Source: Octopus sinensis | Taxonomy: Eukaryota | DNA length: 64,000 nt | Direction: 5' to 3' | Assembly: GCF_006345805.1 (NCBI RefSeq) | Contig: NC_043003.1 | Span: 13,454,001-13,518,000, forward strand | Part shown: positions 24,503 through 37,674 of the stretch, in pieces | Numbering within the stretch: position 1 is the stretch's first letter | Layout of the letters: each line of letters opens with the position of its first letter | Translations under genes and position numbers: made by a program | Notes under the pieces: model-generated | What the model was told of the DNA's origin: nothing | Databases searched by the model: none | What the model saw: the letters and a program-made list of their open reading frames with translations, nothing else

Positions 24503-25212
24503 ATATATGTATGTATGTATATATATGTATGTATGTATATATATGTGTGTGTGTATATATATGTATGTATGTATATATATATATGTATGTATATATATAT
24601 ATGTATGTATGTATGTATATATATGTATGTATGTATATATGTATGTATATATGTGTGTGTGTGTATATATATGTATGTATATGTATGTATGTATATATAT
24701 ATATGTATGTATATGTATGTATGTATGTATATATATATATGTATGTTGTATGTATATATATGTATGTATGTATGTATGTATATATATATATGTATGTATG
24801 TATGTATATATATGTATGTATGTATGTATGATATATATGTATGTATGTATATATATGTGTGTGTGTATATATATGTATGTATGTAATATATATATATGTA
24901 TGTATATATACATATGTATGTATGTATGTATATATATGTATGTATGTATATATGTATGTATATTATATATGTATGTATGTAATATATATATGTATGTATG
25001 TATATATATATATGTATGTATGATGTATGTATATATATGTATGTATATATTATATGTATGTATGTATGTATGTATATATTATATGTATGTATGTATGTAT
25101 GTATATATATGTATGTATGTATGTATATATATGTATGTATGTATGTATATATATATATGTATGTATGTATGTATATATATATATGTATGTATGTATGTAT
25201 ACATATATACAT
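24185..25212. repeat. ~1-kb (TATG)n/(TA)n microsatellite
   Basis: Simple-sequence array. Confidence 0.97.
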
Positions 25213-25390
25213 ACACAAGGGGGTGCTGAAAAGTTCCTGGCTTTCGGCAAAATAAAATACAGGAGGATCAATTAATTATGATTTTATTCAACATATTCCC
25301 CTCTCAGATTCACACACTTATTGCAGTGGTCCTTCAGTTTTCTTAAGCCCTGTAAAAAAAACTTGGAAGGTTTGGGCCTCCAAACAAGCC
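25213..25390 (-). mobile_element. mariner transposon 3' end remnant
   Basis: FFLQGLRKLKDHCNKCVNLRGEYVE* is a mariner-type C-terminus; TIR-like AGGGGGTGCTGAAAAGTTCCTGGCTT. Confidence 0.75.
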
Positions 25391-25964
25391 TTTCACAATA
25401 CCCTCTCTCCTCTTTTGCTTTCTCTCTTTTTTCTCCCCTTCTTCCCCTTTGTTTTTTCTCTCTCATCCTTTCTCTAATTCTTTTTTCTTCCCTTCACCAT
25501 TTTCTATCTGTCTCTCTCTCCCTCTTCTTCCTTTACTTTCTCTCTCGTTGCTCACACATGACCAGCATCCATCTTTCTTTTCCTCACATGATCATCTAAC
25601 TTTTCCTTCAATCTGTAGCACCAGACCAGACACATTCTAATCTGTCTCCTCTCCTATCTTTTCTCTTATCAAAGAATATTTTTCCAGCTTTTGCTACTTT
25701 ACATTGTCTGGCCTAACGGCCCTCCCTATTTGTTTTAGTTTGTTATATGTCTCCACTGTCCTGTTTTTGTTACCAAATTTGACCCTCCGTAAATCCCAAA
25801 TTTTATTTTGGTTTATGAGAGCAATGGGTTTTCAAAGACATGTTGTCGTGAATTGCTCGAAACAACTGATGAAGGGTCGTTCTTTATGTTACTTGTCATT
25901 TTCCATTTGTTTCTCTTGTTCACATACCCAGGTTTGCCTTCGTATTTCATATATAGAGAGAGTT

Positions 25965-26145
25965 TACGAAAAAAACAAAAGACAAAGACAGGTGGTGTAC
26001 AAAACAAACAGATGTATTAGTATAACGCTCAGGAACAGAAAAAGTCTTTTACGTTTCGAGCCTACACTCTTCTACAGAAAGGGACACAGAAAAAACAAAG
26101 AGAGAAAAAAATGTGTGTAGTGGCTAACGATCTATCATGGTGACA
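25965..26145 (-). mobile_element. Short repeat with hammerhead-like motif (putative PLE terminal repeat); copies at 44155-44310 and 49305-49425
   Basis: CTTT-CTGTAGA-AGAGT-GTAG-GCTC-GAAA-CG-TA-AAAG at about 26047-26080. Confidence 0.65.
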
Positions 26146-26196
26146 TATGTATGTGTGTATGTATGTATGTATATTTATGTATGTATGTATATATAC

Positions 26197-26227
<31 letters not shown>

Positions 26228-26562
26228 TGTATGTATATATACGTATGTATGTATGTATGTATATATACATATGTATGTATGTATGTATATATATACATAT
26301 GTATGTATGTATGTATGTATATATACATATGTATGTATGTATATATACATATGTATGTATGTATGTATGTATACATATGTATGTATGTATGTATGTATAT
26401 ATACATATATATGTATGTATGCATGTATATATACATATGTATGTATGTATATATACATATGTATGTATGTACATATACATATGTATATATGTATGTATGT
26501 ATGTATATATGTATGTATATATACATATGTATGTATATATATACATATGTATGTATATATAC

Positions 26563-26593
<31 letters not shown>

Positions 26594-26643
26594 TATATAC
26601 ATATGTATGTATGTATGTATATATACATATGTATGTATGTATT

Positions 26644-26682
<39 letters not shown>
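26145..26682. repeat. (TATG)n/(TATACATATG)n microsatellite
   Basis: Simple-sequence array. Confidence 0.97.
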
Positions 26683-26685
<3 letters not shown>

Positions 26686-27258
26686 CATGGGCAAAAGAAA
26701 AAAAGATTTCTATGCCAATATGCAGAGATTAGACTTTAAATCGTCAGTCACCACATTACAATATACATTCACCATGAATACATGTCATTCTGAAGTTGAG
26801 GAAGGCAAGCTAAAAGAAATTAAAAAAAAAAAAAATTATCTCTATATTGAATCAATTTCGGGATTAATCCCACAGATTTTTCCCTCTTCAGTAGAGAATA
26901 TGATAAGAAATAAATAGAAATCTTTTTTTCTTTTGCCCTTGTTTATAATTTTCACCTTTAAAGGTATTTTAATATACTGGCCACTTTGATGAAATTTTTT
27001 TGGAAAAAAATTTTATCCTATATTAGAAGTAAATATATATATATATATATATACATCGCTTGACAACCGATGGTGGTGTGTTTACATCCCAGTAACTTAG
27101 CGGTTTGGCAAAATAGACCGATAGAATAAGCACTAGGCTTACAAAGAATAAGTTCGGGGTTGATTTGCTTATTCTATTGGCCTATTTTGCCAAGCCGCTA
27201 AGTTACGGGGATGTAAACACGCCAGCATTGGTTGTCAAGTGATGTTGGGGGGACAAAC

Positions 27259-27297
<39 letters not shown>

Positions 27298-28345
27298 CAT
27301 ACATACATGCGATGGGCTTCTTTCAGTTTCCATCTACCAAATCCACTCACAAGGCTTTGGTTGGCCCGAGGCTATAGTAGAAGACTCTTGCCCAAGGTGC
27401 CATGCAGTGGGACTGAACCCGGAACTATGTGATTCGTAAGCAAGCTACTTACCATACAGCCACTCCTACACCTAAAATTTGGTGTATGTATGTATACATT
27501 CATACATACATACACCAAATCCATTCAGAAGGCTTTGGCTAACATGGTCCTATAGTAGAAGATACACCTTTCAAATTACCACACAATGGCAACTTTTCAA
27601 CAAAAAACAGCTACACCTGGGTCTATAGAACATTATTTTATAAACCACTTTGCATACAAAGCATGATAATGAAGTAAGTTTATCTGCAAAGTTAAGACAT
27701 CATACTACATACCCATAGGTCATAAGTACTTTGTTTCTATTGTCATTAGGTTGTAACCCTAAGTAAGGCATTAACCTCTGTTTGTATGACTGAATAAGAA
27801 ACAGGTTTCCACTTTTATTTCACAGTTGAGTGGTTAGCAGCAGCAATGGCACCCAGCTGTAAAATTAATTCTGTCCTAAAAATAAAACTGTAACAAAAGC
27901 AGATTTTTTTAAAGGAAAAAAAAAGAGAAAAAAAGAAGCAAAATGAATAGTAAAATAATAAAGTTTTAATTAGGTGTTTCAAATGAAATACCAAAACTCA
28001 CCACTCCTCACGTTTTAGCTTTAAAAAGAAATATAAAGTTTAAATGACTATTAAATAATAATAATAATAATAATAATTATAATTATGTGAAAAACTAATA
28101 ATGGTTTCAAGTTTTGGCTCAAGGCCAGCAATTTTAGAGGAGGGTGTAAGTTGATTATATCCACCCCAGAGTTCAACTGGCTCTTTTATTGACCCTGAAA
28201 GGATGAAAGGCAAGGTAGACCTTGGCAGAATTTGAACTCAGGACATAGCAACAGACAAAATACTGTTAAGCATTTAGCCCAGCATACTAACTATTCTACC
28301 AACTCACCACCTTAATAATAATAATGATAATAATAATAATGATAA

Positions 28346-29266
28346 TGCGCATGAGCAATTGGCTGATAGGTAGGAGGAGAAACCTCTGTACAGCAAATAT
28401 GTGGCCCGTAGCAAACAAGCTGATGTTGACCAGAAGCAAACCCATCAGTGGCTATGGAGCTCAGGGCTAAAAGCAGAGAGCGAAGGTTTCATCCTGGCTG
28501 CTCAAGATCAAAGCCTATTAACCCAGAACTACCAGGCCAATATGATGAAAAATGGAGCAGACCCAAAATGCCGATTCTGCAACGACATGATTGAAACAGT
28601 GGACCACCTAATCTCTGGATGTAAAGTCTTGGCCCCAGTGGAGTATAAATTAAGACATGACAGAGTTGGCCACTATCTACACTGGCTAATAAGTTGGCAT
28701 TACAATATCAAAACTGCCGACAAGTGGTATAATCACCACCCTGAAGCTGTAACTGAAGCAGAAAATGTAACGATTCTGTGGGACTCTCCAGTACATACAG
28801 ACCGAACCATCAAAGCCAATAAACCAGATATTGTTGTGAAAGACCAAAACAATAAAGTTTGCTTATTGATCGACATGAGCATCCCCTGTGATCATAATAT
28901 CTCGGTGAAAGAATTTGACAAGCTCAGAAAATATAAAGACTCGCTCATTGAAATTGAGAAAATGTGGCATCTCAAGGCAGTTACAATACCAGTGATCGTA
29001 GGAGCACTAGGAATGATCAAGAAGTGCAAAAAATTGTCTTAACTGGTACATCACACGTATTGAGAAGAGCATTGTCGATGTGAGAACTATTACTACCCAT
29101 GTATTTTAATTTAACTTTATTTCTATCAAAAAAAAAAAAAAATGAACGAACTAGAGAGTTTAGTTTAATGGCCTACCAATGTATACAATGAGTTTCGTTG
29201 CCCTTGTAGTCGGGAAGACACTCGGCAAGAAATGGAAGCAAATTTGAAAGAAGAAGAAAAACCCAT
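28346..29266 (+). mobile_element. R4/Dong-clade non-LTR retrotransposon, 5'-truncated
   Basis: ORF 28401-29042 has a CCHC knuckle (CRFC...ETVDHLISGC) and an RLE nuclease (KPDIVV...LIDMSIP...K..KY); both ends abut (TAA)n tracts. Confidence 0.9.
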
Positions 29267-29670
29267 AAATAATAATAATCCTTTCTAAGGGCCTGATATT
29301 ATCGCAAGGCACTTTGTTTCATATTGCTCCGGTCTACACAATGAAAATGGCTACCAGCTGAATGGTGGTGCAGTCTTTTCTCCCTCTAGCACTGACATCC
29401 TAGTTGTTTAACTTGTATGACTTAGTTAGTGACATTATCTGCTCACAACTACATAGGAGCCCAAAACAATAAATGAATACATGGTATATGCTAGCAACAT
29501 GCCTCAGAACCACCCCAAGAAACCACATGCACACACTTCTCTCAATGCATTTCTCAACACATGGAGACCCTCCAATATATGTTCCTACCATCCTGTCTTC
29601 TCCTCCCCACACAACTGTATTCCCCACCACCACCTATCCTCTTGCTTTATATTCCTTCCATTCTTTTATT

Positions 29671-29704
29671 TTTCTGATGAAGGACTAGCGTCCAAAACAT
29701 CGAG
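29671..29704 (+). ncRNA. Decayed minimal hammerhead ribozyme
   Basis: CTGATGA-A-GGAC-TAGC-GTCC-AAAA-CATC; reverting two CpG transitions gives GAAACGTC. Confidence 0.6.
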
Positions 29705-30311
29705 ACTCTTTTAAGTGTCAAACTAATACATTTCTTAAAACTTGTCCCTCTCATGTCATTTTCTTTTCTTGCACATTACCTCATATGTGCTAGTAAGTCG
29801 TTCTCAGATGCAAGTGATGGCTATGATTAAAGAATATTTCAGTAATTATGGGAGATGTCTCTAGACATGTTTCTGCTTTACTGGACCTCCTCAGGTATAC
29901 TGTAGACTTATCTGTATTTACTGAAGTAGAAATGAGTTGAATCACTAAATAGAAGTGTGTGTTTGTGTGTGTGTATATACTGCTGTCTTCATCTGAGAGA
30001 AATCTTTTTGTGGATATGCTGTGTTTAATAACACAATATACATAGGAGGGAGACAAAAACCTGTCTTGATTATGACTAGTGAGAATAACAGATGCATTTC
30101 ATCCTTTTTGGGCCTTGTCAATGATGTGTACTTGCAACCAGTCACATGCTGATGTTTTTATATATATATTAGTGACAGAGGCAGTAGTGGTACTAAGATG
30201 TAATATTTATCTCCACTTAAATGTGGACGTTCTACTAGAACAAACCATACTACAGTTGTTACCCTGAAAGAGACTGTTACATTGGCTTTTTGGTGCAAAA
30301 GGCATTCCTAT

Positions 30312-30954
30312 TTATATCATTAGTGGGGAGATAACTCCCCACCATCTCCAGCATCGAATTATGCTAGTCTCTACGCCCTGAGAGTAGCTGGCTTTCTGCA
30401 TTTTATCCTCTCTCTTCTTCAGATCAGCTTGCACTTCTTCGTACTCCTCCTGGCCATCGTCCGCAGATATTTCGTGAGCATCTTCAGTCTGAATATAGTG
30501 AAGAGTAATGAATAGATATAGAAGGTATATTTCCGAGCGATAATTGTTGTAGCAAAACCAAGAATAGCAGATAAAGCAGTCATAAGTGCGAAAGCTGCCA
30601 TAGCGCCCAAAAACACTGTCACCTGGCCATTATAGCTGCAATGAAGAAGGTTTTATCTCCCAATTCGGACACTATAATGACCGATAGAGAAGCAATAAAA
30701 GCATGAATGAAATCTAAATTAGTTGATCCTATCGCTTCGGTCTCTTTATCTGTTCCATAGGGGCCTGTTTTGTCGACTGTGTGACATCCCCAGTTTGTGT
30801 TTGTTTGAGCCCAGTGGTCCTGCATCGTTCTTAATTCCTGGTTCTAACGGAACCGACTCTACATTAGATATGGCAACGAAAAAGAGAGACCGAATATAGA
30901 TATCAAACACCATCTCAGCACCCACGAAACTATCATAGCACGTTATTTCGCCAT
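30312..30954 (-). pseudogene. TMEM165: Processed pseudogene of TMEM165 (GDT1/UPF0016 family)
   Basis: FIHAFIASLSVIIVSELGDKTFFIAAIMA (ELGDKT motif), TVFLGAMAAFALMTALSAILGFATTII, DGQEEYEEVQADLKKRED; continuous without introns; several frameshifts and stops; ends before the second E-x-G-D motif. Confidence 0.93.
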
Positions 30955-33662
30955 GCGATTTCAACCTTGTTTGGCTTTGTCACTTATGGATACTTGATCA
31001 CCAGAGGCAGCAGCTGTTCATTTATTCATCTCCCTGCCAGCAATCTATAGATCAACAGTGCCAGAACAGGCACTGGTGTCATGATCTTTTGTATATAGTT
31101 CCCAATGAAAATTTGATTTGGAATAGTGTGGTCACCTTATGTAAGTCTATTTTATCATGTTTTCTAGGGTTAAAGGCCCATCTAGTTGTGAGCAAACAGA
31201 TACACTTTTGGTGCCTTTACCGTTAACCCAGCAGAAGATGTGGAGTTGGAGTGAGAGAAGGTAATACCAGCAATTGTTTGGTACACATTTAGAGGTGAGG
31301 TGATTGAAGCAGCATGAAATGAAGTGCATTGCTTAAGGGCAAATTATGTTACCCAGTCCTCCAAGAATTCAAAGTTTGGCTTTACAATCCTGAGCTGAAC
31401 ACCCTAACACACCAAGTCATGTCCCTTCACTGTAACCTGTGTAAGCATGGCAAGTTAGCATATTTTCATCATCATCATCGTTGTTTAACATCTGCTTTCC
31501 ATGCTGGCATGGGTTGGACGGTTTCACTGAGGACTGGCAAGCCAGTAGGCTATATCAGGCTCCAATCTGATCCGGCAAGGTTTCTACAGCTGGATGCCCT
31601 TTCTAATGTCAACCACTCCGAGAGTGTAGTGGATGCTTTTTATGTGCCACCGGCACAGAAGCCAGTCAGGTGGCACTGGCAATAACCATGTTCGAATGGT
31701 GCTTTTTATGTGCCAACAGCACGGGAGCCAGTCAGGCAGCCCTACCACTGGCACAGGACTAGTCAGGCGGCACTGGTATCGACCACGCTCAAATGGTGCT
31801 TTTTAAAAGCAAAAAATCTAAAACTGAGGTTGATTGCTCAGAGGTGCCATCTGCACAATCAACAATAGTTGAGTATTGGGTGAACATTGTGTGTGACTAC
31901 ACTTGTTTATTCTTGTAACAGTCCTGAGTAGATCTATGGTATGACCATCTTGCCTTTTTTTTCCTTTTTTTTTTTAATCAGATATAGGTGCAGGTATGGC
32001 TGTGTGGTTAAGAAGCTTGACCCCCAACCATATGGTTTCAGGTTCAGTTCCACTTTGGGTAAATGTCTTTTATAATAGCCAAAGGTGACCAAAGCTTTGT
32101 GAGTGGATATGGTTGGTTGAAACTGAAAGAAACTCATCGTATATACATATGTGTGTGTGTGAGGGAGTGTGTGTGTGTGTGTCCTTGCTTGATATCATTT
32201 GATTGTTGTAAATGAGTGTCACTGTTTTACAAGCAGTGTCATTCATTCCCAGTATCCTGCAAAAACAGTTTTTGGCCAAGGGGAAATATTACCAGCATAC
32301 CTACACAAATCTATCCCCACCAACTTTGTCTCCTCATAACTTGCAGAAAAATAAATATCTTTTAAAGGAAATTTTTTACAAATACACTTCAGTTGGTATT
32401 TGATTCCAATTATATCAGAATTTGTGGTGAAACAATTTTGTCCTAGGGTGGGGAGAGGAGAGGAGTTTCAGCAAATTCACACAAGCAGGCTTTGTTTCAT
32501 TTTAACATTAATTTAAAAAGTGGATAATTTCTTAATGAAATTTTCTATAAATTCTTTGAGTGTGTAGATTATGATTAATCGGAATTTAATATGAAAAAAG
32601 AAAAACAAAATTAATAAATTGAAGGCTCGTACACATACATACTGACACATACCACATATATCTACAAAATAAAACTCGAAAATTCAGAAAAAAATTGCGA
32701 TGTGTCTCAGTTTATATATGTCATCATTGTTCGACCGTGGTCGAGACAATGGAATTTACTATGCCACCATTGTTATCCAAGGGAAAGGCAAAGGCCGATA
32801 CAGCTTGGTACCTGTGACGTCATAACTGAGTGAACTGAAGCAACGTGAAATAAAGTGTCTTGCTCAAGAACACAACACGCAGCCCAGTCTGGGATTCAAA
32901 CTCACAACTTTACAGTCATAAGTTCAACACTCTAACCACTGAGCCATGCACCTTCTGTCCCAATATGCCTAACATTAAAGCCTAAATTGCCTAACTCTAT
33001 GAAATTTGCCTAACCTTAGAACATCAATACACATAATACAAAAATGAGGTTTTTTGATAAAAATTTTAATTTTTATGACTTTCTCATCATTATTATTATT
33101 ATAAGACATGGCAGGAAATCAATTTTCCACCATGTCTAATATTTAAAAAAAAAATTTTATGGTGGGGTACAAAAAGAAGTCTTTCCAAAATTTTACATTA
33201 AATTCTGATATAATCGTAATCCGCACCATCTGAGGCATATTTCATTAGAAAATATCCATTTTCCTGAAAGTTATGAGGAAACAAAGCCACGGGCACACTT
33301 GTGTAGCTATGTTATATTATCTTGCTTGAAAACAGCGAGGGTTGGTGACAGGAAAGGCATTCAGCTGCAGAAAAATCTGTCTCCATAAACTTCATCTGTT
33401 TCATGCAAGCAGGGAAAAGTGGATGTTAAAACGAACGATGAGATACAGAACATCTATATCTGGCACTACACACACACGCACAGGTGAGCACATAAGTGAA
33501 AAACAAGGTTGAAAAATAGTACTCGAATACCAAAGGTAGAGTAATATACTTTTTATTAGCATAGCACCCCTCTCCCCGTTATATCTCTCTGTACTAGAAC
33601 ACGACCATGTTGCCTATGATACTCCAATATCTTTTACTTTTTATTAAAGAGTATTTATCACA

Positions 33663-33703
33663 ACTGTCCGGCAAATGGGAACGTGAAACTCTGAGTAACA
33701 GTT
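33663..33703 (+). ncRNA. Decayed hammerhead, same family as 15272-15309
   Basis: AACTGT-CCGGCAA-ATG-GGAA-CGT-GAAA-CTCTGAG-TA-ACAGTT; flank at 33480-33550 matches 15160-15235. Confidence 0.55.
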
Positions 33704-33736
33704 CTGTGAAAATTTTGCAGCTTAAAAAAAAGAGAA

Positions 33737-33767
<31 letters not shown>

Positions 33768-33769
33768 TA

Positions 33770-34150
33770 CTCTTTTACTTGTTTCAGTCATTTGACAGTG
33801 GCTATGCTGGAGCACTGCCTTTTAATCGAGCAAATCGACCCCTGGAATTATTCTTTGTAAGCCTAGTACTTATTCTGTCGTTCTCTTTTGCCGGACCGCT
33901 AAGTTACGGGGACGTAAACACACCAGCATCGGTTGTCAAGCGATGTTAGGTGAGGGGACAAACACAGACACACAAACATATAACATATATACGACGGGCT
34001 TTCACTTTTCCGTCTACCAAATCCACTCACAAAGGCTTTGGTCAGCCTGAGGCTATAGTAAAAGACAATTGCCCAAGGTGCCACACAGTGGGACTGAACC
34101 TGGAACCATGTGGTTCACAAGCAAGCTACTTACCATACAACCACTCCTCC
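33770..34150 (-). mobile_element. SINE family B
   Basis: Reverse-complement match. Confidence 0.8.
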
Positions 34151-34563
34151 ACCAACACACACACACACAAAGGGCCCTTCTTTTATAAAGTGTTCAAAGG
34201 GGCGATTGAGCTACTATTTTTAGTAAGTTGAGCAACCAACGTAGAGACTCCCCATTATGGGAGTGATAGATGCCCCGTAATTGATGAAGATTTATTATAA
34301 ATTTAAGCAAACCTAAATATTTGATTCAGTCACATACTCTAAACATGCTTAGATGCTCACTGAAAATAAACAAACGAAAAGAAACCCCTCCCTTTAAAAC
34401 CCTACCGTCATAGAGAAATGATTATTCACATGTTTCAGTCATAAACGCAATGGAAATGGTATTAAAATGTTCTTGAATGTCATAAAATGTTGTTGCCCAA
34501 ACTCCCCCTTCTCGTGTGATAGATATTCGCTCACAAATAAGCCAAACTAAACACCAAAAACAA

Positions 34564-34610
<47 letters not shown>

Positions 34611-34829
34611 TATAAGTGAAAATAAAAATAATATGGAAAAAGCCTTGCTTCTGTGTGTCTTACCGACATAACTGTGACACATTTAAAATTCTTTCACATG
34701 AAACCTATTACACTATATTTTACTCCTGGCAGAAACCATTATAGATATTGTGTTTAGTTTCCGAAAATCTTTCTCTTATTCACTTACTATGAAATACACT
34801 AAACGCAAGCATAAACAGAGTGTGCGTGT

Positions 34830-34835
34830 ATGTGC

Positions 34836-34866
<31 letters not shown>

Positions 34867-35027
34867 CTAGTGGAAAGTTCATTTCTCTTATCTATGCAAG
34901 CTTCGCGAAGTACTCTCTCTGTACTATGGGGACATTGTTCTATAGTGTTTTCTGTTCTCTTTTTTTTCTTTATTTTTTTTCCTTTTCATTACCAGTGTTC
35001 ACATCATCTGAATGAGTCAACTGTGCA

Positions 35028-35062
<35 letters not shown>

Positions 35063-35470
35063 AAGAGTATGTGTGTATGTGTGAGAGAGAGAGAGAGAAA
35101 GAGTGTGTGTGTGAGAGAGAGAGAAAGAGTATGTGTGTGTGAGAGAGAGAGAAAGCGTATGTGTGTGAGAGAGAAAGAGTATGTGTGTGTGAGAGAAAGA
35201 GAGAGAGAAAGAGTATGTGTGTGACAGAAAGAGTATGTGTGTGTGTGTGTGAGAGAGAGAGCGAGAAAGAGTATGTGTGTGAGAGAGAGAGAGAGAGAAA
35301 GATTGAGATAGACAAGCTGATAGACATGAGACTGTGATGTTTACATACAATAGAGAGAGAGAGAGAGAGAGAGAATATCAGGGAGAAAGAGAGAATAAAT
35401 GCTAGGTAGAAATGAAACGTGCGCGAAAGAGAGAGAGAGTGTGTGTGTATGTGTGCACACACACACGCGT
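34830..35470. repeat. (GT)n/(GA)n compound microsatellite
   Basis: Alternating GT and GA tracts. Confidence 0.95.
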
Positions 35471-36898
35471 GTGTGTGTTTCTGTGTGTAAACCGGATATA
35501 AAGAGTAATAGATGGATAGGTATAGAGGAGATACATGATATAGATAGAGAGGGAAGTGAAGAGATAAGGAAATATGAGAACCAGTGAAAGGAATCGTGTC
35601 ACATAGTGTTTAGTTCGTACAAAGATTAGTAGATGGAGTGTGAATAAAAATAAAAACGGTTGGAGAAGATAGTTTTATATTAAGGTGGGAGTAAGGGAGA
35701 CGCGAGAGATGTGTCTGTGAAAGAAGCACAATTTTTTTTTTAGTCTCTTTACATGAAGGCTTGATAGCGAAAGATTAACTTTATAGGGCGCACAAATGGT
35801 GAGGTTGTGATGTTCAAGCCTCTTAACTAGAACAGTGATATTTGATTTCTAATAGCCTTTGGGTGAATGTAGCAAGGATGGCACGTGTGAATGACGGAGC
35901 CAGCTTGAGCATTATCCTATGAACCTAAAAAAATGAAAGGAAAAAAGAGTCACTGTTATGTGTTTTTTGCATGACACTATTGCCCAAGGTTACCGTGGAC
36001 TTTCCCGTAGGCTTTTCTTTCCACGGATAAACCGAATCTGTTTTCCCTTTTTACATTGACATTTCTGTGATACATGATCTCTATTGATCGGCCTTCCAAT
36101 TTCTTTTTTTTTCCCTGATCCCTTTTGATCGAAATTCGACCCACTTTTTTTTCTCTTCTTCCCAAAACGAAAAGCTCTACTTTGTATTTTGTCCCCTCTG
36201 TGTTCAGACCTGTGTGGCCAATAGAGAAACATAATAGCCTTTACACCAAATGGAGTTTTACAAACGTCTCTTCGTCACCATCCTCCTTGTTGTCGTTGTT
36301 GTCGTCATCATCATCGTCATCATTGTCATCATCGTAATCTAGTCATCATTGTTTTTGTCATCATCATCATTGACATCGTTATCATCAGTCATCATTTTTG
36401 TCGTTGTCATCGTCAATCGTTGTCATCGTCAGTATTATCACCATCATCGTTTTAACATCTGCTTGCATAGATCAGATGGAGTTTACTGAGGTTGATTTTT
36501 CTCTGGCTGGATGCTCTTCCTGTGCCAACCCTCACCTGTTTCCACGAAAGATAATACTTCCCCATGACCTGACATATTTTCATGAAAGATTGGAAAGGAA
36601 GGATACCATTTGCATGGTGGCAACTTTCGTTTACAAATACTGGACCAAAAAAAAAAAGTAGTCCCCACCATGACATTTGCTATTCCTTTGTGTGCCCACA
36701 GTGTTCCCAAAGCAGTTGCTACTGCCCAACCTAAGAACAACCGACACCAGGGGAAAACTTCAACAACATAAAAGAATTTCACTATTCTCAACTCGTACAA
36801 ACAAGAATTGACATTTCCAGTCAATAATCCTAATACTACGGATATGTACTTGCATAGCAAGTGACCTGATCTGAAATTGTGTGTTGGAACAAAAACAA

Positions 36899-37145
36899 TT
36901 GCAGTATGGAAGGTGTTTATAAGCCATTTAAGAAACACACAAAAACCGTTAGAGTCACTTCAACATTTAAATTTAATTTGTCAAAATATTTTCGTCGCTT
37001 TCAGACCGCGACCTGTTCACTGACAAAACTCCATGCTGTCTCAAAGCGATGAAAATATTGTGACAAATTAAATTTAAATGTTGAAATGAATCTAATGGTT
37101 ATTGTGTGTTTCTTAATGGCTTATAAACACCTTCCACGCTGCAAT
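36899..37145. repeat. Inverted repeat with ~95-bp arms; one arm recurs at 45655-45765
   Basis: TTGCAG...TTTTCGTCGC / GCGATGAAAA...CTGCAA. Confidence 0.85.
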
Positions 37146-37336
37146 TGAATCCTAATACTGCTCAGTATTAATACAGACTTTGTTGTGAATATGTATTCTT
37201 TAACACCAGAGCCTGTCCTGGCCCTGTCAATTTATATATCACTGGCAGGGAGATGAATAGCTGCTGCTTCTAGCAGTTGAGTGTCCATCATTGACAAGAC
37301 CAAACAAGGTTGAAATCACATGACCTGGTGGTCTTG

Positions 37337-37674
37337 TGAAGGCGCATGGCTCAGTGGTTAGAGCGTCGAGCTTACGATCGTGAGGTTGTGAGCTCGAATC
37401 CCGGACCGGGCTGTGTGTTGTGTTCTTGAGCAAGGCACTTTATTTCACGTTGCTCCAGTTCACTCAGCTGTAGAAATGAGTTGCGACGTCACTGGTGCCA
37501 AGCTGTATCGACCTTTGTCTTTCCCTTGGATAACACTGGTGGCATGAAGAGGGGAGGTTGCTATGCATGGACGACTGCTGGTCTTCCATAAACAACCTCG
37601 CCCAGACTTGTGTCTAGGAGGGTAACTTTCTAGGTGCAATCCCATGGTCTGTGTCGTGACCGAAGGGGGTCTCC
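37337..37674 (+). mobile_element. tRNA-derived SINE family D
   Basis: A-box TGGCTCAGTGG, B-box-like GAGCTCGAATCCC; 10-bp TSD GGTGGTCTTG at 37327-37336 and 37675-37684. Confidence 0.88.

Noticed and set aside
24147-26917. Long ORFs of 150-304 aa rich in Y/I/H/T/M/C/V (also near 16.4, 35.0 and 53.8 kb)
   Set aside because: Translations of stop-free (TATG)n, (TA)n, (TG)n and (GA)n microsatellites.
30312-30954. Functional TMEM165 gene
   Set aside because: Stop at codon 4, multiple frameshifts and loss of the C-terminal half.
36483-36938. 151-aa hydrophobic ORF as a membrane protein
   Set aside because: Both ends lie in repeats; the unique middle has a plausible acceptor but no recognisable family and a weak donor.
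36990-37050. Hammerhead at the centre of the 36.9-kb fold-back
   Set aside because: Core reads CAGTGA and there is no U-H cleavage site after GAAA.
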